Shown here: positions 20,893 to 32,363 of the stretch, in pieces
Layout: each line of letters opens with the position of its first letter
Numbering within the stretch: the stretch's first letter is position 1
From: a virus
Reading direction: 5' to 3' (one strand)
Length of the DNA stretch: 32,363 nt
Virus record (IMG/VR): IMGVR_UViG_3300040786_000066
Notes under the pieces: model-generated
The model's input: the letters and a program-made list of their open reading frames with translations, nothing else
Databases searched by the model: none
Told to the model about the DNA's origin: nothing
Program-made: the position numbers and the translations under genes

Positions 20893-23800
20893 TTAAAAGT
20901 TACATTTGTTTAAAAATTCTATGAAGTCTTCATCTTCTCCGTATACCGACATCACTTTCATCAACGCATCTTTAACTGCAGCAGAAGGGTCGTTAGGGTT
21001 TTCTATGTAATCTCCTTCCTCCATAAAAGCAAACAGCCCTAATGCTGAATCTATAGCCTCAGCTCTAACTGCTTTATCCAAGCTTATACCGCCGTCATAA
21101 TCTTGCAATACTTTTATAAATGCCGCTCTTATAGGATGCTTAATATCTGTTGATTTAACTACAAATTCAGGAGCGATTCATTAGTAACTCCATTAAATTG
21201 TATAGTAGCTCTGTGAAGGACACCTTCAATTTTACTCTTCATTGTATCAAGAGTTGCTCTGTCTTCCTCTGTGTTTGTACTTCCCTTAGTTAAAGTAGTT
21301 AAAAACTAATCTCGTCAAGCATTATACCGAGTTCGGTAAGTCCCAAAGATAGCAGCTTATTTGTAACCTCAACGCTCTCTAGTGCATTAATTGCAGTTAA
21401 ATTTTCAAGAAAAGATCTCTGCCCATCAGTAAATTTAATTTTCTTAACTTCAGGTCCATTATTATTAATTGCCGCACGTATTTTAGCAGTTCCAGCAGCA
21501 GTTATAATAAACGAAGGTACTTTAATTCCTACTATACTAGACATTAAATAAGGAGCCATGGCCGCAGTAAAGTTTGAATCCACAATTCCCAAATTATCAT
21601 TCTTACCCTTCCTTACATTCGGCTTCAATGTAAACTTAGCTACATCCGAAAGCAAAGTAAGTTTCATCAGTGTAGAGCAGATTTACCTCTTAAATATTCA
21701 TTTACATTAAACACATATCCTCCAGACTTAGAACTACTAGGGTATATTATAGTAGATTTTTTAGTACCAGAAGGACCTTCATTTATACCGTTATTTACCA
21801 AGTACCCTGTCGCAAAATCATCCAAAGCAGTTTTAGAGTCTCGCTCTTTGTCCATACTGAAATAATATCTTTAATTTTTGTTTTGTAATCTTCGCCTTTA
21901 CTTTCGTAAAATCTTGCAAGATCTCTGCCTACTAATTCATAATGCGACTTAAGCTCTGCATTAAATTTAAACGAGTGGTTTTCATAACCTCTAAAGGATG
22001 TGTAAACATATCCCCACTTTTATTGTAGAAAGAAAAGCTTTCTGAGCTTTAGTAACTTTAAACTCTCTATCAATACCTTCTATATTAGTTTCTATAACAG
22101 AGCCTACAACAGCTCCTTCCAAAGGGTTTTGAATTCTTCACTTAGTGGAAACTTTGAAGATGCAGCAAGCACAAAAGAATCATGTAACTTAAAAGCAGAC
22201 CCGTGCTGCACAAAGTAGTCTTGTAAAGCCACAGAAAATCAGAGGTAAAGCTCCCATTTGGACATCTGGATTATTAGCAAGTATCACAGCTAATTCGTTC
22301 AATGGTGCTTTATACGTTAATCTAGCTATTCCTAATTCAGCAGGGATAGCGCCTTCAAAATTCTTTAGTTTATTAGTAGAGTCAAGACCCTCCATTTTTA
22401 AGTGTAGATACAATTTTATCACTGTCTAAACTACTGGTAACGCTATTGTTAGTAGACATTAACACAAAGGATTCTCCGTGTAGATTTCCTGAATCACTAC
22501 CAGAAACAGCAACTCCGTCTTTAGATAAATCTACGTACACGTTTTACTTACTACAGCACCACCTTCTCTAAGCGCTTGTACACTTAGTCCTAAAACCACC
22601 GCCTTCTGTATTTCTTGCTGGAGCTATTACATAATCGTTTTATTATACTCAGCCGTTGCTAATTTTCCGACCATCTCTTCTGCAGCCATGATACCACCTG
22701 CTCTAGTATAAAGAATCTCATCTATTTCACCGTCCAATACAATATCCATAACATCTTTACCTCCTACTTTAAAGACCTTAGTAGTATCATACTGCACTTT
22801 CAAAAGAGCTTGTTCTAAATCTTTAATTAATTGGTTTGATGCAGGGCCTCCACTTAAAGTATCCAATTGAGATACTACGTGGTTAGTATTTCCTTCTTGA
22901 GCCATGATTAAAACATCGATATCCTTTTTTACTTTTCCGTTTACAACTCTAACAAGACGCGATACTCTAAGAACTATTTTTTTAGGTTTAGGTATCTCTG
23001 AAGTACCACTATAGTTGAAAATGTCCAACGTTTCTTTTGGGAGTATACTTTTGAATGTTAATGAAATAGGGCTAGGATAACCAGCCACATCAAGGTTTTC
23101 TTTTGTTACCCTTGCAGTATAAGTTCCAGAACCTCTGTTAGATGCATAAATGTAATCATTCAAAGTTTCTTTACGCGTGTTAGTAGTATACGGTCTATAT
23201 ACAAATCCTTTTCCGTAACTATCAGATCCAAACGTAGATGATTTACTTTTATATAAAAGATTCCAAATATCTTGTATTTCTATAATGTTAGACATCATAT
23301 CAGTGTCGTTATCGTCCATCGCCCTTCCTGAGTTGAGAGATTTCCACAAAGCGTTTTGTACTTTATTAATTTCATTGTAAAGTACTGTTGCTCTATAATG
23401 CTTGAATCTATACCAAGAGCATTTTTCAGCCTTTCCATATCTTTCATAAGATCGTCATGCGTTCTTTGAGGTCTATTTTCTGGGCTGTGTGGATCCTTGT
23501 TTCTTTTGCCTTTCTGCTTCTGCTGCTTTTGCTGCAGCTGCTTGCGCTCTCTTTTCTGCAGCAGATCTTTTCGCATCCTCAGCTTTCTTTTCAGCTGCTC
23601 TTTAGCCGCTGCTTCTGCAGATGCTGCTGCCTGTGCTTTAGCTTTAGCTTGCTGTTTTTTATAGCCGCATCGCTCTGTCTTTTACAATCAAAGCTGCTTT
23701 ATACAACGCATCAGTTATGCTCTCAGGTGAATAACCAAGATTGTATAACTCCATGGTACTGTCAGGAAGCGTAATTTCAGTTGAGGTGTTACCAGGCTCA

Positions 23801-26800
23801 AGCTGTGCTATCAAAAGAACAAGCTGCTCTGGATTTAAATCTACTTTAGCCCACATAGAGAATATTCCTAATTGAGTAGATATTTCTTTAACGTCCACTT
23901 TAGAGCTTCGGCCGGCATGTTTAGTTCTAAAAAAGCTGCTCTAGCTCGTACTATAGACTGAGTAAGAACTTTAATTTTTGCTTCTAATTTTTTAGGTAGT
24001 GGAGCAGATGCTGTAAAACCGTCAAAATTAACTTCAAATTGTCCTGAAGTATTTTGCTTAGGCGGGTTAATAGCAGTCATAACATCCTCTTCCAAAGAAG
24101 CTATAAGGGTATAATAAATCTTGTTTTACGGTATTTAGCAGCCTCCTTGAAAAGCTTCTCGTAAGTGCTTGTAAGTGTAGGATCAGTAATAGTGCGTTCC
24201 ACCTCTGCTAAGTATTGCTGTACGGTAACGCCGCCCACAGTAGACTCTTCTCCAGCCATGATCAAGTTTAACTTCTCTTGTATAAAGGAGCCACAGTTCC
24301 TGTGTAATTAGTTACACCTAAGTCCTCTACTCCATACAGTTCTTTGTTAAATTCTTCGGTGGAAGCTAGCTCGTTTAAAACTTTAAAATAAACATGATCA
24401 CTGACACGCTTAACGCTCTCAGCTTCGGTGTCCCAATTCAATGTCATATTGAGTATATCGGTATACTCTTTTATACCAGTACTGTCATAATTTACGTTAA
24501 CCTGAGTATCAATAACTCCTTTTATTAACCACGGATTATTTCCACTTTTCCAAATCCAAAGAAAGGAGTCCAGGACCCTTTTGTTTTCCACCTGTGCCTT
24601 CTGAGCTTCTGTAAAAGCTACTTTAACTCCATTAACGTTTATAAAAGTCCAAATCTCTTCCCCATTTTATAAGTGCTTTCACTGGTTATGATGCCAGCTT
24701 TCAACAAAGCAGGATTCTTTTATCAAAAGTAAGTTTCGAGATTCTCTCAGCTTCAATAGTTACAGCAGTTTTTCAGCTGCTTCTTTGAATACTTTAGATT
24801 TATCAAGATCTTCTTCGGTCATCTCTAAAGTATCTAAAGCAACAGCAATATGATTTTTCATCATGTCCTGTACTGCTGTATCATTTAGATCAGTTGCAAA
24901 CACTTGAAGACCTACAAGCCCTTCGTACAGTTCCTGACTAAGAAACTTATACAAATCTTCTGTTACAGAGTCAATTTCCGCAATAAGGTTTTCTCTTACA
25001 AGAGCATCGGTTTCAGTTAAAAGTAATTCAACTACTCCAAGGTACTTCTTAACAAGATCTTTCTGGTCAACTGTGAGTTTTTTAAATGCATCACGGCTTC
25101 CTCTATGACCAAGTAAAGCTTTATCTCCCTCTAAAACTGTACAACCTTAGTATAATTTTTAGCAATGTCGTCTTTAGGAATTACAAATTTAGTTCCTGGA
25201 AGCTGCACGTAAGGCATTAAAAGCAACACTTTAGGTCCTGCTGGAAGAGCTAATACTTCAGTATTCCCTGGAGCTTCCTCATCAGGATCTTCCTCAGACT
25301 CATCTAATTCTCCGGCAGCCGCTGTATCTGCTGATACTACATCCTTAAATATCTCAAGATAGTTATCTTTTAATTTAGCTTTTGCAGACCCATCTAAAGA
25401 GGAGTCAGGTATCATAACTTCTCCGTCAGGCATCTGTCTTGATGTTGCTTCAGCAGGTATTATAATACTTTCATTTCTGTTTACAATTACAGCGTAATCA
25501 AAAGCTCTAGTAGCTAACGTGGTAAGAGCTCTAGAAACAGTTCTAATATAAGTAGCACCGCTACCTGTGTCTTCAGGAGTAACCATCTCTCCTATCATAT
25601 AGTTTGCTTCAGATCCTCCTACCATTTTAGCAGGAACAACTTTAAAGTATTTCGCATACCCTTCCTTCTCGCTAAGCGATCTCATTTTAGAAGGGTCCTT
25701 GTTGTAACTAACCATGTCTGCTGGAGCAATAAGCACGCTGAATTTTATCTCTGAGAGCCCTCAGGTCTTGCCTCATTGTCTGCTATATTCTTAAGTATAT
25801 TAGTTTCTATATTATCAATTAAAACATCGTCATTCAACACCTTATAAAAATCAGCTGAAGATTCTTTGTTCGCAGAGTCTACCATTTGAATACCATAAAA
25901 TCTGCCTCCAGTAGTACCGTACTTAGTACCAGGCTCCATCTTAATATAGTCAGGCACATATGTGATATCCCCTTCAGCAGCCTCATTAGCCATACTTATT
26001 GCTGCGAGACTGTCTCCCAAAAGCTGTTTCTTGATCTAAAGAGAAATCCATGTAGGCTATAGGATGTGCTCTTCTTACTTTCAAAGATGTCTCGTAGAAA
26101 ACTCCTTCATGCGGAAGTGTAGCTCCAGACTGTCTAGGATCTCCTAAAAGTAACAAACCTATTTTATGCCCAGTAATATTGTGTATCTCATTGAACTTCT
26201 TTATAAGATCATCAATACTCTCCAACTCAACCATGTCGTCGTTCACTACAGTAACAGCTTGAACATAAGTAGCTTCATCAATTGCTATTATCCCGATCGC
26301 TGATAGTGTAGCTATAGCATCTTCATCTTGCTCTATTACAGCAAGTTTAAGCATCTTATGCAGATTGTCCACAGACATTCCTTCCATACCCTTGCTAAGC
26401 TTCCCAACACTTTTAGAAACAATTTCTATTTGTGATTCAAAAGTAGCGACAGGAAGAACTGCAGTATTCATATACCCACTGTCTTCTAATATTTCTACAG
26501 CAAGCTTTAACCCCATCTGTATAACTGAAGAAGACTTTCCTGACCCAGCTATACCTGTAACGTAAACGGCTGATATATGATTTATAGAAGGCATAAAAGC
26601 CAAACGCTCTGCCGATAAAGCATCTGCCATTTTTCTGTACGCAGGAGAATACACAAAAGCACCAGCGTGTTTTGCAGCATGTTCCTGAGCAGCAACTACG
26701 ATATTATCGTACTCAGTCATTGCTTCAATATCCCTTTTAAATTTACTGTAAAAGGAGTAAAATCTGTGGTTACAGCCCCTACAAGAATAGACAGTCTTTA

Positions 26801-29800
26801 GAAGCCTCAGCTGCTTTAGTCATATTAGAGTTATCAGAAAGGATGTTACCAACCGATCCGTTAACATTAGCAATATGGCCATCAATAGCCTCTCTCATAT
26901 CCATCGCTTCTTCTGAAGTAAAGGGTGTTTTAAGATCAATATTATTATACAACCTGAATAGTACGTGTTCTATTTTAATATTAAGAGCACCTATTTCGTT
27001 AGGAGACATGTCAGCAGGATCTTTAGCTAAAGCAATTTCTAAATCAGGATCTTCTTTACCAACAAGATATTCAAGACCATCAATATCTTCATCTTCTATA
27101 AGGGCCCTAAAAGCTCTCATAGTAAAAATATTGTCGTTATTCTTTGCTGTGATGTATGGCAAAGGAGTTGCTTTGTCTGATACTTTAGCTATAAAATCAG
27201 ATGATCTTTTGAACAACCATTTAGCCACCATCATTTTAGTCACTCCTTCAAGAATCAATGGCACAGTATCAAATGATTCAACTCCAACTACTGCAGCAGG
27301 AACTTCTATTATATTCGATGTTTCCAAGAATTCTACAGCGCCTTCCATGGTTCTAAAGTCTACCATTTCACTAGTAGACGCATTCATTAAACTGTCTAAA
27401 TAAGTTCCTAAAGCAACCTCATCAATCTCAAGATTCATGCTTTCATAGATAGGATTACCTATTCCTTTCGAAGCAGTAGGCTTAAGCAAAGAAGACATTG
27501 TTTCAACGTCAGCTAACATTTGCTTATCAGATTCTGTATGTAAAGAAGGGTCCTTTTAACAACTTCCATCATTAAAATAGGGTCGTACAAAAGTCAGTAA
27601 AGAAATCAGACGTTACAGTATAGTCTTTATATGAATGCTCTTCTATTTCAGTATCTTGATTTGACTCGTGTTGATATTTAAAATCGATGATATCTAATAC
27701 ATTCTTTCTAAAGTCAGCTAGCATTTTAAGATAATGACCTGCGTAACCATTTTCATTAGATACAAATTGACCCAGCACTTTTGCCATTTCAAGTCTTATC
27801 TCCATTTGACCCAGAACCTCGTCAATTTTACTACTGTCAGTAAGAGTATAAATACCTTCATGCCCTGAATCAAGTAGTGCTCTTACAGAACTAAGACCAT
27901 CTTCAACAAGAGTTTTGTTTAGCAAAGAACCATTAGAATCTTTTTTGAAAAGCGCATTTATACTCTTTCTTTTAAATGGATCGTTTCTGTAGAAGCTACC
28001 CATCTCCAAGGATTTAGACGCTTTATCGCTCATCGCCTTCAGTTCCAATACATGTTTTCCGGATACATTGATAGCTCCTTTCAGCCTGTTTGAACCTTTG
28101 GCCATAATCATTTCGATAAGACTATGCCCATAATCTTGGATTTCAGGCTCATTTTCAAAGAGGGCCCCACTCAGGAACCACAACTTTTCTAACATCTTTC
28201 ACGATAGATTTGAAAAACTTAGAGACAACTTCAGGAGTAAGTTCGTCCATAAACTCTTTACCTCTATCAAGCATTTCGACGTTTCTGTCATTTGTAAGCT
28301 TCAATATTTCTACGTACAGATCTAGCATGTCCTCTTCAGTAGCTTTCCGTCCGCCCCTTTTGCAAATATTGACGCTTCATGGTTAGGGTCTAATGCTATT
28401 GCAGTCTCTTTAAAATCCACTTTGTCATATAGCTTAGTAATAGCCTTTAAAGCTTTTCACTTAGCATACCGTAACTAGCATCTCTCAAGATATTACCAAG
28501 CTCAGCAACACCATCTTCACTTGAATCGGCAACACTAGTTATAGTATTCTCTAATTCATTTGCTTTTTGCTCTGTCTGGGCATGAATTTTTTCATCCAGT
28601 TTTGAACGAAAACGCATGGACATTAACATATCCTTTAAAGGCTCGGCACCCATCTTAGCATACTTTTCTTCCCTATTATATTTTGAACCAAGCATAGTAT
28701 TGTCAGCCAGCTCGTTCTGCATTAAGTAGTACTCAGCTGCAACGCCTGTTGATATAGCTCTAATTTTTCTATAGTTAGATAGTAAAGTAACAACATCCTT
28801 ATCTGTTACAGTGGACGATAATTTAACCTCTTTCTCTAGCCTAGTAAGCTTGTCATCAGTTGCCTCCCCTATTACTTTATCTTCTTTTTTCTTTTCTCTA
28901 CTTTAGAGCTTTAGTTTCTTTAGAGTCGCTTTTAGCGTTTTCTCCTTTAGGTGCTTTTTCAGCTTTACTAGCTTTGGTTTGTTCCTTGATGTCCGCTATT
29001 TCTTTGTTCTTAAGAGCCAAATTTTCAGCTGATTCTTTAAGAATAGATGGAATCCTTGCAAAAAACTTTCCTTCATCCATAGCATCAAGATCTGAATAAA
29101 CAGACATAGAAATAACTTTAGCATTATGGAACTCTAGCAAGTTACCCATAAGGTTAACGTAGTCTTTACGCATGGAATTATTATCCACGAAGTCTTTTAG
29201 TCTATCATCAGCTTCAATTTTATTTTTAGCTTCCCAAACATTCCTTTGTTAATAAACGTATCCACTACATTTATATCATGTTCGTATTGCTTAAATATCA
29301 TATCCCTAAAGACTCACTTCCACTTCCTTGAATAATCGGTTCAAAAGCTTCAAGAGCTTCATTATATTCCTAAGATTTTAGGTCCAAGACTACCTTCGCT
29401 TTTCATTTCTGCCAATACAGAAAGTAGCTCTTCTTTCTACCGTCCATAAGTATATCAGTCATAGAACTTGCAGATGTAATAGGGCTCAAATCAACTTTGT
29501 GCCCAATCATACCCATAGGTCCACCTATAGCCCCAGCTACTCAGAGGTAAGGTAACGCTCTGCAGCATCTTTAAAATAACCATCATCAAATATTGTAGAG
29601 TATCTTCCTTTTCCAGCTTCGTTTGCATTATTAATCAATGCTCCATAAGCACTGGCCACTTGTTTTACACCGTCTTGAAATAACTCTTCAGCCATTTCCT
29701 CAAAACCTTCTTGTCTTGCAACGTAAAGCATATGACTTGAAGGAAGAACTTTAGTAGCTTTTCCAAATATGTTAGAAACTACTTTTGCATAGACTCCAAA

Positions 29801-31404
29801 GCAAACCTAGCCTTTTCTCTGAAGCCGCTTTAGGAGCTTCTTTAGCAACTGATGCAAACAACTTTTAAGCAGCCCTTCCTGCTCTGTCTTCATAGCAGTT
29901 TTATGTTTTCTCTCAACACTTTTACTTCATAATCTCCTAAGATATAAGAAGCGTATTTAGTAGCTTTCCACATAGCAACAGCCATAGCTCCAGTAATAAC
30001 AGAAGCTTCAGATGTAGTATAGCCATTTTCAATAGCTTCGTTATAGGAATCTTTACAGACATTGCTGTTAATACACCCCTTACTGACATTTCTGCCGCTT
30101 TGTTTTGTGCTTTTGTAAAGCCGCTCCAGAAAGTCCGCCATTAATAATTCCTGCAGCCCCTGCTCGTCCAAGTCCACCAGCTAATGCAATCTGTAGCGCT
30201 ACATCTGCAGTGGTAGTTAGCGCCGCTTCTAAAGATCCAAAACCCATCTTGCATAGCTTCTCTAGACATTGAAGTATTGTTAGATTTCAACTTAATACCC
30301 TTTGTGGTAAACCAGTTGTACAAATCACTTTTCTTACATCTAAGTCTTCATCAGAAAACATACTAGCCACTCCGTAACCTCCAGCTATTGAAGCTCTTGT
30401 AAGCTGCACCGCTGTATCCATTACGTTAACAGCCATATTAAAAGGAGATCTAACAAGTATCTTGGCATAATCCAAAACACCGTCAGCCTCTAATTTATTG
30501 TTCTTAAAAACTCTATCTAAGTTTACATCAAACATTCCCAACATGCTTGTAGGACCTGTATCTAAATCCCAACGCGAAACAACCTGGTCATCCCTTACAT
30601 CAGCTAACTTTCCAGTAGCCTCGTCAAGAACTCTTCCGTCGTGAATCGCATTGAAATAAAGGCCATTAACTCCTTCATTAGGGTCTATTCCGTAAAAGCA
30701 TCAGAGTAAGCTAAACCTCCAAAGTAGGGTCTTTTCTAATTCCTTTAATAATTCAGGTGAGTACTCTTTTATAACATACGACTCTTTGCCGTCTGCATCT
30801 ATCTCTTTAATTTTAATTGCAGAAAAGTTTTCTCTGTAATCTTTTGTAGGTGCAGTCCAGTCATCCCTGTTTTAAGAGTTCCTGCCATATTGCTAAAGCG
30901 CGTAGTAACATCCATTCTAAGAGCGCTCATGTCTTCTCTAATAAGCTCGTGCCCTGTTTGAGATCTTTGATATTGTCCTAGCTGAAAGTTGGCAAACTCT
31001 TTTTAGAGTTGTCGTATGCTTGGTCAAAGCGCATTTTAGCTTCAGAGCCGTAACTATTTGAAAACTGTTTTGTACTTTAGAGTCTTTCCAGTAATCTTCT
31101 TTTGATTTAAATTCGCCAAATCCGTCAGTACCATAGACATCAAAAGATTTTTAGTGCTGATATCCGAGCAGTTACTCTTGTGAGAAACCAGTCCTCCTTA
31201 GCATTAACGCCTGCTTTTCCAGCGGCAGAATTTTCATCTACCATAGGTCTAACAGGTGGTTTTCAGGATCCTCTGGAGCTATAGGTGCTTGAGATGCTGT
31301 GGTATCTATTGAAGGGCCTGATGGAGGTGTAGATATTACTGGAGCCACACCGTTGTATTTTCTTGTACTGCTGTGTCTAAAGAAGAGTTTGCTATTTCTG
31401 ACAT
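20893..31404 (-). CDS. Giant virion cargo protein C (~3500 aa) with a central SF1 (RecD/Dda-like) helicase domain
   Basis: Likely start MSEIANSSLDTAVQE at 31404, immediately after a TAA at 31408-31410. Fragment ORFs tile continuously. Helicase motifs lie at 25480-26580. Ends EFLNKCNF* at 20893. The start position is inferred. Confidence 0.75.
23500..23670 (-). repeat. Ala/Lys/Glu-rich low-complexity helical linker
   Basis: A (gct)-rich stretch that reads KAQAAASAEAAAKEQLKKKAEDAKRSAAEKRAQAAAAKAAEAERQKKQG in the probable true frame. Confidence 0.7.
25480..26580 (-). other. Superfamily 1 helicase/ATPase domain
   Basis: Walker A VTGIAGSGKSS, Walker B IIAIDEATYV, motif III LLLLGDPRQSG, motif V-like VGGSEANYMI, motif VI-like LTTLATRAFDY. 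Confidence 0.85.
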
Positions 31405-31407
31405 AAC

Positions 31408-32363
31408 TTATTTTACTTATTGAATTAAAACTTTGTATATTTCCAAAGTCGCCTGGCGCTGTAAGAGCAGATCGTGTAGACAAGAAGTTAGCCATCTTAT
31501 CGTCAAGTTCTCCCATAACAGCTAAGCCCTGTAATTTTTCTCCTTGTTCACTAGAGGATTTTCTAAGCGACTTCACCTTAGTAAAATCATCATCTTGTGC
31601 ACGTTATCTGCACCTAAGTTAGAGTTGTCTATTCCATTTACATCCTGTAAAACTCCCTTTCTTTGTAGTTGCCTTAAGAATCATCCCACTACCAAAGCCT
31701 CCTGCAGTTTTAGTTTTACTGCTCCGTCTAAATCAAATCTATCGTTATCAAAATAATCCAAGTACCTAGCATAGGTTGAAGACTAATAGCTGTATTCCCT
31801 ATGACGCGTTTAAAAGTTGCTGCAGAGTTCTGTATCACTTTTGCGCGTCCATGGCCATTGCAAAATTATTTGCGGCAGGTATACTGTTTGGATTAGCTAT
31901 AGATTCTTTTCTATATCTTTCCACTTCCATACCTTTCTGCATCCACATTGCATACTCTCTAGTATCTGACTGGGCCTTTTCTGATATGTTTCCAGGAAGA
32001 AGATTCTCCGCAGGTGTATTTATTACAATACCGCCTAACTTGCCCTTAGAAGACTTAATAAACGCTCGTCTAGCGTCTAGCTTCATAGGAGTCAGTTTAA
32101 GCATGTCTTGCGTTCTAATTTTACCAGAAGCATCCATAGGCATAAATACAATAGGCATATTCTCATTAGGCGCTATCACAGCATCCTCAGATATAAACTG
32201 TTTTACAGCTTCTGCACTATTGCCAAGCAGCGTTCTAAAGTTGTTCCACTAGGGATATAAATCTCAGACTTGTCTGTGTAAGAATCAATAGCCTGGTTTT
32301 GCATAAAGTTATTTGCTGCGTTTTTCAAGTCAGGAGATGCTTTAGGGTCATTACTAATTTCAA
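31408..32363 (-). CDS. Hypothetical virion-associated protein D, 5'-truncated (C-terminal ~320 aa)
   Basis: Fragments 31835..32179 and 31576 onward join with frame switches. The probable end is ...GDFGNIQSFNSISK* if one A in AGTAAAATAA is an error. It is co-oriented directly upstream of the giant genes. Confidence 0.6.

Noticed and set aside
26843-27403. Long plus-strand ORFs (also 6775..7173, 16290..16703, 18899..19225, 31776..32252)
   Set aside because: These are antisense shadows of the minus-strand giant genes, with Ser/Ile/Leu/Phe-biased composition and no motifs.
3617-31404. Pseudogenes or a decayed prophage
   Set aside because: The lesions I traced are single-base indels, mostly at homopolymers, with catalytic motifs preserved. 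This fits sequencing error better than decay.
31238-31576. ORF implying that genes D and C are fused
   Set aside because: The TAA-GTT-ATG arrangement at 31410-31402 and the change to a Pro/Ser-rich N-terminal-like sequence suggest a chimeric ORF made by indels. Fusion is not fully excluded without polishing.
3617-32363. Stop-codon reassignment (TAG=Gln or TGA=Trp, known in some crAss-like phages) as the cause of fragmentation
   Set aside because: Fragments continue in different frames rather than through one in-frame stop type, and TAG (1943, 3617) and probably TGA (1068) appear to be real gene ends.

Overview
AT-rich fragment of a large crAss-like (Crassvirales-type, probably Bacteroidota-infecting) phage genome. 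The sequence has frequent single-base indels, mostly in homopolymers, which split real genes into many short ORFs. Positions 1-3546 (+) hold small genes: a Gp49/Gp66-family protein, an acidic protein, a DEDDh 3'-5' exonuclease and an Hc1 histone-H1-like protein missed by the ORF track. A hairpin terminator follows at about 3579-3604. After manual frame repair, the rest (-) is the end of one gene plus three giant genes typical of the crAss-like virion cargo/transcription module. These are 31404-20893 (~3500 aa, SF1 helicase domain), 20872-10057 (~3600 aa, two-barrel RNA polymerase with GGDMDID and a DUF4326-like insert) and 10045-3617 (~2140 aa, HEFGH zincin plus PD-(D/E)xK nuclease). The most striking unexplained pattern is that these nearly Cys-free proteins carry cysteines at exactly the four termini that face each other (KCNF*/MSDC and SCK*/MKC) and not at the two outer ends. 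This suggests a head-to-tail disulfide-linked ejection chain. All family assignments are motif recognition by eye; no searches were run.
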